The notes: generated by a model not told the origin, from the sequence alone. DNA of 64,000 nt from Zancudomyces culisetae HAW-14-8 (GCA_052426225.1 JBNJNM010000023.1:372001-436000), one strand, 5' to 3'; positions 40,401-49,927 are shown, numbered from the stretch's first letter. Numbers and translations: made by a program.

Positions 40401-41890
40401 ATGATAGTAATGTCAGTAGCGAAGATATACTTTCCTATTTGCACCGGTACATCTCTAATTATCCCCCGAGGTGCATGCCTTCGGCCGTCCGCTGTGACTA
40501 TCACTTGTCCATCCGACTGCTCCGTGATTAGACCCCATCCATATACTAAGTTTGGAGTAGCTACAGAGCACGCGGCCCCTGTATCTACAACTGCCCACAT
40601 TCTCCTTCCAAATATGGTGATCTCAATTTTGCAACTGGATGTCTTAGATGGATTCAGGCGTATCTCGTTTATCTCATCTTTTTTTACCTTTTTTGCTAGT
40701 TGACTCATATCATGTGTTAATTGTGGAGCAGCCTGTATCAGTTGGGGTAGGCTTATATGAGGGTAGTAACTCTTCAGGTCCTCCACTAAGCTAAATGGTT
40801 CTATACCTTCTGTAATCTTTGGTATCAACTTATTTCTGCTTTTTGGTGGCTCCTCTTTTGTTGCATGATCTTTCGCTGTTCCAACCACTTGAGGTTTAGC
40901 TGGTGGCTCTACCTCCATTTCTGCTCGCACTTCATCCCTGTTGCGTTGTGACATCCTTGTATGGGTAGTAATTGGAGTCATCTTCTTATTACTAAAGTCA
41001 TATGGTTTTTGTACTCCCCTTGGATGTATACCTCTCTGTACTGCAAATACGTCGGTGTCTTCCTCGTTACCAGTAGAAAGTTCAATAAAATTTACACTGG
41101 TATCTTGTACTTTACTCTGCTCTGGACAATCTGGTACTTTGTGTCCTTCGACCCCACACTTAAAACACTTGATGGGACCCCTGGTGTATGACTGTGGTCT
41201 GGGTCTACGATGCTCCCGGAGCTTGTTTTCCATCAACTCGTCAACCTTGGTGAGGAGATTCAAACTCCACTCCTCCATCTTCTTAACCATTTCTCCGTAA
41301 CCTAACTTTTCCTGGGCCATATCCTTAATCGGCCTGCCCGAATGCGGAAGCTGAATGCGTGGTTTAGTTTGTTTTTTATTGTTTTCTTTTTCAATAGCAC
41401 TTGGCTTTCGCTGTATAGCTAATTGTTGTTCATCTTTACTTATTAGTTCAACAATCTCTGTCCAGCTTTCAACTCCTGCATCCCTTACTCTTATTCTATT
41501 CTCTGTAGTTAACGCGCTAAGCAACCAGTTAAGCTTTTGCTTCTCTTCAGTGATTTTTGACTTTGTTAGCAGTTCCTCTAGCTCGTATTCTAACTCCTCA
41601 ATAGTTTCGAATTCATCTTGACTAATTGTTTTCAACTGCTCCAAGTATTTTAAACTTTGGTCTTTTGGTCCAAATTTGGTAATAAACTGTTTAGTAAATT
41701 CTTCCCACGAAGTGAACTTGAGAGTGTTTCTCTTGTACCAAACCAGCTCTCGCTTACCCAAGTGTAGTTGTACGAAATCGATCCAGTCATCTTCATCCCA
41801 CTTGTTAAGTTTTGCAATTATCCTGTATTTTCCTACCCATTCCTTTGGGTCCATACCACTGGTACAATCAAACGTCTCTGGCACCTTCAT
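37469..41890 (-). CDS. Gag-Pol polyprotein (Gag with CCHC knuckle, protease, RT, RNase H, integrase), 1473 aa
   Basis: CFKCGVEGHKVPDC, VDTGA, FIDD, TDAS, HHCC zinc finger, DDE core (GLDAIGP/TDRGSGF/NGQVERLN) and GPY motif. PR-RT-RH-IN order, no chromodomain seen. Confidence 0.98.
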   Translation of the reverse strand: MKVPETFDCTSGMDPKEWVGKYRIIAKLNKWDEDDWIDFVQLHLGKRELVWYKRNTLKFTSWEEFTKQFITKFGPKDQSLKYLEQLKTISQDEFETIEELEYELEELLTKSKITEEKQKLNWLLSALTTENRIRVRDAGVESWTEIVELISKDEQQLAIQRKPSAIEKENNKKQTKPRIQLPHSGRPIKDMAQEKLGYGEMVKKMEEWSLNLLTKVDELMENKLREHRRPRPQSYTRGPIKCFKCGVEGHKVPDCPEQSKVQDTSVNFIELSTGNEEDTDVFAVQRGIHPRGVQKPYDFSNKKMTPITTHTRMSQRNRDEVRAEMEVEPPAKPQVVGTAKDHATKEEPPKSRNKLIPKITEGIEPFSLVEDLKSYYPHISLPQLIQAAPQLTHDMSQLAKKVKKDEINEIRLNPSKTSSCKIEITIFGRRMWAVVDTGAACSVATPNLVYGWGLITEQSDGQVIVTADGRRHAPRGIIRDVPVQIGKYIFATDITIMERTDDILILGTDWLLAHKTKLDMQKGELALPVGKQLLLAPLYTRVAAEGADSDEAEVYLVISERQDEGTEEVAMDPRVTELIEENKELFIEDVEQLTQTNVTQHRIELTQDTPIRQRPYRIPFHLYEKVRTELEIMEKNGVIAPCTSEWCSPVVAVWKKNGKLRICADYRKLNQVTRKDSYPLPTIDDIFMALAGATIFSSFDALSGYWQIPMALGDRDKTAFAIPGSGTYCYNVMPFGLTNSPASFQRMMEKALAPVLWKTTVVFIDDIVVYSTSFEQHLVDVREVLQLLKTNNIQLHKNKCSLAVNSLTYLGHTISGKGIETCMDKIIAIQKAESPKSVKELQSFLGLTGYYRKFVENYARIVAPLLKLLKKNTVWSWQSEHQSAVEELKKQLCETPVLSHPDWTREFIVTTDASIVGIGAILSQEFEDGERPICYLSRILNPHERNYSVAHLEGLAVVWSVKKLRQYLWGKHFTVRTDHKALIQLFNGKDITGRVARWAMILRNYNYSIVHCMGKRNPADALSRLPTNEPSTSIEELDILTLDFLYYTAITTYLREKEYPRGADERFREKLRNKARKYTLKNDRLCRVIKGQVKEVLHEKNIEETISTIHEEGHNGIENTWLKVKEKYTGEGLYEVVKKIVNECITCQRYKGGRTRRSNLNPIFSPRPFSIFGLDAIGPINPVSKTGNRFILTGIDYFTKWPVAAAVSNIKTETIISFILTHIIQWFGVPSQIITDRGSGFVSDLAEQVYKELGIRHTPTTPYRPQSNGQVERLNQTLKNALVRQCRKDKQNWDKFIWKSLLAIRTMRNKSTKYSPAELLYGVQIATPSVWTPPPDVDNLDIAVQERIDAIKSSLPEMRTDSVRNNVLAKEKDRESYNKQVKPYKFNQGDLVLKMTEQTQSKLEEIWEGPYQVENVLSKGTYIITDNEGKRDLVNGDMLKQFHYSKNMIPEVSSALRTKLRRFKNVPTISPIW

Positions 41891-41981
41891 TTCTTATCTT
41901 TTTCCGGCTTATCTTTTAACTAAATTTGACCTCAACTATTAGTATTTTCTATAACTGTTATCTGTAGCCCACTGGCGTTGC

Positions 41982-41999
41982 GCCTAGCTGGGAGCGCCA
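41982..41999 (-). other. Primer-binding site TGGCGCTCCCAGCTAGGC (probably tRNA-Arg)
   Basis: Starts with TGG 2 nt inside the 5' LTR boundary and is complementary to a tRNA 3' end ...GGGAGCG-CCA. The isotype is inferred. Confidence 0.8.
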
Positions 42000-42001
42000 A
42001 T

Positions 42002-42309
42002 TGTAATATTTAAAATTTATATTATATTACCCGTTATGGGTGCACAGTGTCAATACACTAGTTACTTCCTTCACGGATAGTGTTTAAGCTCACCGTTTAT
42101 GTTAATAACTGAGTTTTGTGTAGACACTTGTTATATTTTACTATTGTAGTTTATTTTTTATGATATACTTAATAAAAATTGATAATAATCTTTTTCTTAA
42201 AACTAGAAATCCAAACTCCTATATAAAAGTAATGATAACACGAACTTGTTATCAAGGAAGTAGGAAAAAACCCTCCTAGGGAGAAAAGTCCAATCTTCCC
42301 AATAAAATG

Positions 42310-42353
<44 letters not shown>

Positions 42354-42419
42354 ATGACTCATTAATAAATTACCTAACCAATTTCTGACAAGGGGTAATC
42401 CATCCATTTCTATATGACA
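42002..42419 (-). repeat. 5' LTR (418 bp)
   Basis: Direct repeat of 37042-37459. Confidence 0.97.
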
Positions 42420-42423
42420 ATTT

Positions 42424-44944
42424 TGTTGTATAATTACATGTTTAAGGTCCTACTGAGTAATATAATTACCCAGTATTATACAGGACGGGACTTTTATTAT
42501 TATATATTAGTACTATAATTATTGTGGGAGTAAAAGACAATTTATTAATTAATTCAAAACTAGACTATTTAATGCATAAAATAATACTAATTAAATTAAC
42601 CAATAAAATACAAGGAAATACAGGTATATAATTCCACTATATAACAATTTTTAATATATCTTATTAAATATATGTTTAAAAATAGACTATTAGCTAAACT
42701 ATTATTTAATACTTATTAATTATAACTTAATCTTTAAATATTGTTTAGATAATACTGTGTTTATTTTAATAAAAGATTGGTGTCGTTACCATTTTGGATA
42801 CTAAATCCTTCTTTTTTTATTGAAATGACTATAAATATAAATGTTGTATAAAAGTATTCTAAATAAAAATATTCTCGATATTAGAAAAAGTCTAAAAACT
42901 AATTCGAGATTTCTAGTAATAAAAACTTATATTAAATATATAATTAAACGTTATCTAGAAAGTAATTAATAAAGTTTTAATAATTTGATAATAATTGTTG
43001 TATTAACTCAATTCTAGATGAGGTGTACTTCTCTAAAAATATATCATTTTGTCGTGAAATTACTGAAGATTTATAATCCTTTTTCCCACTGGGTTTTTTT
43101 GATTTTAAATTCCGATAGTAATTTTACGACAATCAAATTCACAATGATGTCATCTTATTACATCACAGTGAACGTAAATCAGTTGACGTCACTGTGAATG
43201 TAAATCGATCTAGTTCAACTTTCGTGAGTCATTACAACTCACATCAATTATAACAATGTTTTATGTTTTCATATGAATTAGGCTATCTTTATTAATTTAT
43301 AGTAATATTAATTTAGTTTATTTATAAGTTTATTTAGCGTTTCTAAAAGTATAAAAGACGTTCAAATTCTCGTCAGAGAAGGAGGAACAACAATTTTATT
43401 ATATTTTTTACTTAATAACATTATAACAATAATAATAAAAATATAAAATATAAAATATTAATATTATCAATAATAAATTTTTATTCTATTAATAAAAGAT
43501 ATTAATACGACAATTTTGTTATATTTTATTTATAAAATATATCTATTTACTTTAATCGTTCTATAATATTTCTTTAAGTTATTGTTATTAACTATAACAA
43601 GGTAATTATATCTTTAACTGATTATTTTCTGTATGTTTTTTCTTTATTTTGTCAAATATTTCATTTTTTTATACTTTTTTTCTTTCTAAGTAAAAATTAA
43701 TTTAAACTAAGATACTGAAACTAAACTTCTTTAATACTAAAACAATAAATTACTATTAAAAATTATATGACTAAACAAACTTTTGTATTGCGACACTATG
43801 AGTCATCAGAAAAAACTAGATTACGTTATTTTCATCGATAGTGAAAAAAACTGATCCTCATTAGTTATCGCAAACTAATAATTTGTTCGTTTGCATGATG
43901 ACTAATTAATTAGTCATCATGCTCTCCTGCCCACTATATGACAATTTTGTGTTAGCAAATTCCAGGTTCCAATTCGCTATTATGTAAAAAATGTATTTAT
44001 TTGATAGAAAAACTATACTATGTACTAATGTTGTTAAGTTTTCACTATAGTAACTATAACTTTAATAAATAGACCAAACTTGTATTTTACGTGTTTATTT
44101 GATGATGTTTAAACTATCTGAATAACTATCATATTTATACTTTTTTTTAAAACAACTATTAAACTTAAAACCTAAATATATTTTAAACTTAAAACTATAC
44201 TAATTATTAATAATAATATAGAATGTTGCTGTAGAAAAAATCCAGAAGGATAAAAAAAACTAGGTAACACATAATATACTAAATAACCTATAATAAATAT
44301 TAACTTATATTAATTGATAAACCTAAATATTAATATATAGATATAAATATGTAATTGGTAAGTTGTAATTATATAATGTCTAGAGGTAGCTCTAGCCACT
44401 ATATAACATTTGTTAGACTCAATTTATTATGAGTTCTAACTGGTTCTACTAGAGGGGTGGTATCACTAGACTGGGTTTAACCCTTTTAACTAGTTACCAC
44501 TTTCTAGTCATACATATAAATGGAACCGGAACATTTATATGGGTCAAAATTTGACAATTTATTTAAGATTCAAAATAATAATTTCTTAAATACTAAATTT
44601 TACTAGAAAAACTAATAAAACTACTGACTATAAAATTAACCAATAGTATGCAAACATTCTATTTTGCATACAACAATTTTGTCGTGTAGTAGAAATGTTT
44701 TAGGTCTTACTCGAATGCTATTGGCTTCCAAGCACTACACGAGACGGGCCGCTAATAGTTACTGTTTATAATATTTATATGTACTATTATTATATTCAAG
44801 AGACGACAAATTTATTTAACTAAAAATTTCATTGATTTAAATACTACAAAATCAACTACAAAAACTATAAAATAAATAACCAATAAAATAACACTATTAA
44901 TTACAATAGATGAGAAATCTATAACATGAATATTTTATACGACA
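42424..44944 (-). mobile_element. tRNA-Val-side stack of solo-LTR-like units: 42424-42646, 42651-43045, 43050-43512, 43517-43943, 43950-44408, 44411-44675, 44680-44944
   Basis: Recurrent junction ...ACA-attt-TG... at 42420, 42647, 43046, 43513, 43944 and 44676. Unit 43950-44408 has its own TSD tttg. Unit 42651-43045 has degenerate ends. Confidence 0.85.
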
Positions 44945-44948
44945 CAAT

Positions 44949-46078
44949 TGTCGTATAGTAAACTATACTGAAGAGTTGTCCAATTTTATTGGTTAGATAA
45001 TAGATGTATTTTATAGAAATAGTATAAATATGTTTATTGTGAATTAATTAATATATTGTCATTTTCCACAGATAAATAATAGTATAATAAAATTATATAT
45101 TATTAAAATTACCCGTCCCGTGTAGTACTTGGTAGCGAAAGTTACCAAGTAGGAGCTTAAGCATTTTCACTACACGACAAAATTGTTGTATGCCTACAAT
45201 AGGTGAAACATTTCCATTGGTTAATTGTGTTTTGTAATTTTTAGTTAGATTTTTTGTAGATTTTATTGTATAAAATTGAAATTTTTGTTTAACTAAATAA
45301 ATGTCCTCTTTTGCTAAATCAAAATAACTATATAATAATTCGCAGCATATAGTAAAAGGTAAGTAAAATGACCCGTCTCGTGTGTTATTTGGTGTAAAAA
45401 ACACTAAATGGGACGTTAAACATGGCAACACACAACAAAATTGTAGTGAATTTTTATTAAACTACTTGATGATTTTTTATTTAGATTCTCTGATATGATT
45501 TTTATACTCATAGGTAGAAAAATGTACTAGGATTAACTTTCCACGTTGGTTGTTTACAACGTGGTGTAGCTATTAGCTGCTATGAAAGACAATTGCAACC
45601 ATGTCCTTATGATATTGTTGCAATTCTTAACTAAATAATCAGTAGGTGTATGCCTCTGATAGTTTAAATACTATAAATAGACTAATAATAAACTAATAAA
45701 CGTTGTATGAGGAAAAACCCATTGGGAATAAGTGCTCATACAAAAAGGTGCTACTAATTATACGACAAAATTGTCGCAAGAATGCTTCCAATGTTAATTC
45801 TTACGCATTAATACGTGTGTATTATTTAATTATAGCTAGTCTACTAAAAGTATATTTAAACTATTATCTTTATAACTTATATGTTGTTATATCTTATCTT
45901 TATTGATATATATTTATCCTAATAAAGTCTAAACTTAATCCTAAAACTGTAAAGTTTATATTTATACCTAGATAAATTGTTTAAGCTTTAAACCTGTCCA
46001 ATAACGTATAAAAACCACTAAGGAGTAAAAACTACTATTATTGTACATAATTCTAAACATTAGTTGTCTCGCACGACA
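44949..46078 (+). mobile_element. Four solo-LTR-like units joined by aaat (44949-45179, 45184-45437, 45442-45767, 45772-46078), probably an inverted part of the Val stack
   Basis: Junction ACA-aaat-TG at 45180, 45438, 45768 and 46079. aaat is the reverse complement of attt. Confidence 0.85.
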
Positions 46079-46964
46079 AAATTGTCGTATAAAATATTAT
46101 ACATTATAGATTTCTCATCTATTGTAATTAATAGTGTTATTTTATTGGTTATTTATTTTATAGTTTTTGTAGTTGATTTTGTAGTATTTAAATCAATGAA
46201 ATTTTTAGTTAAATAAATTTGTCGTCTCTTGAATATAATAATAGTACATATAAATATTATAAACAGTAACTATTAGCGGCCCGTCTCGTGTAGTGCTTGG
46301 AAGCCAATAGCATTCGAGTAAGACCTAAAACATTTCTACTACACGACACTGTCATATCGAAATTGATGGATTACCCCTTGTCAGAAATTGGATAGGTAAT
46401 TAGTTATTTGATTAGTCATATTATTAGTATTAAATTATCGGGAAGATTGGACTTTTCTCCCTAAGGAGGGTTTTTTCCTACTTCCTTGATAACAAGTCCA
46501 CGTTATCATTTTCGTTTTAAAAGTAGAGTTTTTTGGTTAATATTTTTATAGATACAAGTACCGATATTTAGTTTTTATAGTACAAGAAAAAGAATAAACA
46601 ATAATTAACTTAAAACAAGTGTCTACATTAATCATGTTATTCGAAGTAACGGTGGACCTAAACACCCTCCGTAAATTAAATAACTAGTGTATTGACACTG
46701 TGCACCCATAACGGGTACAATAATATTCATAATTTATATTACACACAATGTCATATAGTGACATGAACCCTTGGTGATAAACTAATATTATATGTTTATC
46801 ATCAAGAAAATAATTAAATTAATAATATACTTTTAGTTTTAGTTTTTTTAGTATTCAATGAAACTGATTCATTGATGTTTTTTCTAAGCGTATTAGTTTA
46901 TTACTCATTTAAATTGTTTCAATATTAGTTTATTTAGTGAGTATTAGTTCAATAGTTAGCTATT

Positions 46965-47376
46965 TGTCAAGATCTGGAGTCTGGAAAGTTATATTTATTA
47001 TTATTAAAGTTTATTGTATGAATGTATACAAGATACTAGATACTGAATCCAAGACAGGAAAATTGTACCCTTTTTATACTTTTTTCCAGCCTTGGTTTTT
47101 GAACAAAATCACTATGAAAACTGCGGAATAGCTAAATATGCAAGCTAAAGAAAAACGTGTTTGATTACTAATCAAATTGGATTAGTAATCAAACAAAAAT
47201 CAAACTCGAATGCTAATAAAATTAAACATGTCAAAATTATTACGTAAGAAAAATTAAGAAATAATGTGAATTTTCGGTAATGTTCTAGAATGTTGGGGAA
47301 CATTCTAAACATTACTGCGGAATAAAATCAAATGATTCTAGAACTTTTTCGAACATTCTAGAATCAGTTCATGACA
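46965..47376. mobile_element. Solo LTR nested inside another solo LTR, 5-bp TSD
   Basis: TGTCAAG...CATGACA flanked by ctatt/ttatt. Absent from the sister copy at 803-1262. Confidence 0.85.
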
Positions 47377-48495
47377 TTATTAGTATGTTTAATACTAGGA
47401 AAAGTATTTAAAGGGTTAGATATTGCATAAGGAAATAAATATCATTCTATCATACAAGCTTTATAGTAGTAAATAAATAGTTATGATCAACTACAGATGT
47501 TTATATTAAGTTTATAATTTATAACAATAATTATACGATACATATTATACATATATAATAAGAAAAAAATAAATAATTAAAGTAAAATTTAATTATACAA
47601 CAACTGTCGCATAAAATGCGATATGAAACTAGAATTTCCAAAATGGATTTGGACCAATAGAATATATTTTGTTTTTAACTAGGAAATTGAGCTCTTTTTT
47701 TCAATGATTTTACTTGGTTTTTTTAATGAGCTAATTTTGGTTAGGAAAAGGAGATTTTTATTATTTATGGGATGAGGATTACAAAAAAGATTCAATAAAT
47801 TTTTACCATATACAAATACAAGAAGAGGTTCAAAAAGAGAGTTATAACATTGCTGAACACTGAAAGTAGAGCTTATATAACTTATAAATTTAAAAAACTA
47901 CAAGAAATTAAATATACTAAAGAGTTTTAGTTGACACAACAATGTCGTATAAATTTTTGTAATTAGTAATTTTACAATATAACAGCACGACAAGACTGTA
48001 TACTCTTATTAAAGTAGGTTCAGGACTTAAAAGTATTTGTTTTATAATCTTTATTAGTAAAATAACGTTACTAAATTAGAAAAAGTAGAACGAGGAACTC
48101 CATAGAGTCCTGTTCGTCGCTATTTATAAGAGTTTGATAATTATTAAATAAAATATATAATAAACTAAGTAATTAGTGTTAAAACGTTTATGCAATTGAT
48201 GTACAAGCACTTATGGTTAACAAAGAGTTATAACCTGCTCGGTACACAATTGCACCAACGTTTTACCCCATTGGCGGTGTAGACTGTCGTTTTTTCATAC
48301 GATACTGTTATATAGTGGAATTATATACCTGTATTTCCTTGTATTTTATTGGTTAATTTAATAAGTATTATTTTATCCATTAAATAGTCTAGTTTTGAAT
48401 TAATTAATAAATTGTCTTTTACTCCCACAATAATTATAGTACTAATATATAATAATAAAAGTCCCGTCCTGTATAATACTGGGTAATTATATTAC

Positions 48496-48891
48496 TCAGT
48501 AGGACGTTAAACATGTAATTATACAACAACACAACAGTGTCGCATATTGTGAAGTATCACTACTTCCATTAGCGCTACCATCACGTGTTATACCGGTTCT
48601 GGTACGATCACTGATGGTTGATGCACTTCTATTGCGTAATGCAATGTGCATCGAGGGGTGCTCGGGTGAGCTAATACCCCTGTACAGTGTCGGTGAAATT
48701 GTACTCACCGACATTTCTTCCGGGCTCCTACGGATCTGGAGTTGACGGACACTTTCTGTCAACTCACCAAGGGTGCGGGGACTTAATACCCCTGCATCCT
48801 GATCCATGCTGCTGCCCCTGCTCATGCTGGTAGAAGTGTGTGACTCCCTCCTGGAGTCACATTCGGTTCCAATCCAACTGTTTAAAAACAT
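48496..48891 (-). CDS. LTR-encoded Ser/Arg/Thr-rich ORF of unknown function that reads out through the LTR terminus
   Basis: GC-rich open frame. The homolog at 2632-2864 keeps the peptide with mostly synonymous substitutions. Confidence 0.55.
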   Translation of the reverse strand: MFLNSWIGTECDSRRESHTSTSMSRGSSMDQDAGVLSPRTLGELTESVRQLQIRRSPEEMSVSTISPTLYRGISSPEHPSMHIALRNRSASTISDRTRTGITRDGSANGSSDTSQYATLLCCCIITCLTSY

Positions 48892-49306
48892 TATTGCTAA
48901 TTTATCTTTTGGTTTATATTTGATTTTATTTAATTATTTTATTATAGTATTCCGTATCGAGACATGGATGATGTTTTCATATGTCATCCATACGTCTCCT
49001 TAAATATACTATTCGAATGTTAAACCACTATATAAAACTAAATACTAAAATATGACTATTGTTATAATATTATTAATAATTTGTTTGTTATTAATGATAA
49101 ATGTAAAATGCATGGGATCATTTTACATTTTACATTCATCATTATTGAACTAGCTCAGTATGAAAAATTGATTGCATACTGAGCTCGAAATTATTTGAAT
49201 TTATTTAAAAAAAGTAAACAAAAATGAATTTGCATTTTCGCACTGAGTGTACCATTTTCAGGCACATCCACGTGCTATTGTACAAATTGTTAATAATGCG
49301 ACAACA

Positions 49307-49388
49307 GTCGGTGTGTCCGAGTGGTTAAGGAGACAGACTAGAAATCTGTTGGGCTCTGCCCGCACAGGTTCAAATCCTGTCGCCGACG
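49307..49388 (+). tRNA. tRNA-Ser (anticodon AGA)
   Basis: 82 nt: acceptor GTCGGTG/CGCCGAC, arm ACAGA-CTAGAAA-TCTGT, long variable arm, GGTTCAAATCC, followed by TTTTT. Confidence 0.97.
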
Positions 49389-49418
49389 TTTTTACATTTT
49401 TATGAACAATTGATTTAT

Positions 49419-49927
49419 TGTAGTATAACGGCTACATGCTTTTTGCTAATGAATCAACTGTGATTCATTAGCAGAACATACTACTGTAATATATAGTAGA
49501 TGTAATAAGTTATCTGATATATTTTTCAGCTAATGTGATGGCTGAGTTTGGTATAGCACTGATTGTGTCAGTTATACTCAGGTCTCGGATCACTTAACTA
49601 GTTCTGTTTGCCGTAATATGAATGTTTTTAATAACTTTTATTATTGTTGTAATAATAATAAAACACTAAGTAAACTATCTCAATGTAGTGTTAATTTCAA
49701 TTACTAAGTATGTAAAAAACGTATATGTAAAGTATATTCCGTAAAGAAAGGCTAAAGATGTTTATTTTCGTTGTCCGCTTCGCTTTTATTTTACTGATCG
49801 TTCAGATATTCAGCTTTACTATTATAAATATTTAAATATAAAATAACTACAAGTTAATTGGTAGTTATATTATGCTAAGGTATCGCAGTTGATTCGCTAG
49901 CAAAAAGTATGTAGCCGTTATACTACA
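49419..49927. mobile_element. Non-autonomous TIR element (MITE-like) with TGT...ACA ends
   Basis: About 46-bp imperfect TIRs (tgtagtataacggctacat.ctttttgcta..gaatcaactg). No coding capacity and no clean TSD. Confidence 0.75.

Larger units (their letters stand above)
37042..42419 (-). mobile_element. Intact Ty3/gypsy LTR retrotransposon inserted 7 bp upstream of tRNA-Val
   Basis: Two apparently identical 418-bp LTRs, 4-bp TSD attt (37038-37041 and 42420-42423), PBS, short PPT (37460-37471), uninterrupted gag-pol. Confidence 0.98.
46083..49303 (+). mobile_element. tRNA-Ser-side stack of solo-LTR-like units: 46083-46348, 46350-46743, 46749-47602, 47605-47936, 47943-48304, 48306-48528, 48538-49303
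   Basis: TG...CA units separated by 1-9 bp derived from the leader acacaacag (TSDs acaa, caac, acac/atac, acag). 46350-46743 is a diverged copy of the intact element's LTR. Confidence 0.85.

Noticed and set aside
37731-41942. Many plus-strand ORFs inside the gypsy element
   Set aside because: Antisense shadows of gag-pol with no recognisable motifs.
42420-49303. CRISPR array or integron
   Set aside because: Eukaryotic context, separators are 4-bp TSDs with LTR termini, units are 220-770 bp, and there is no cas or integron integrase. The resemblance is architectural only.
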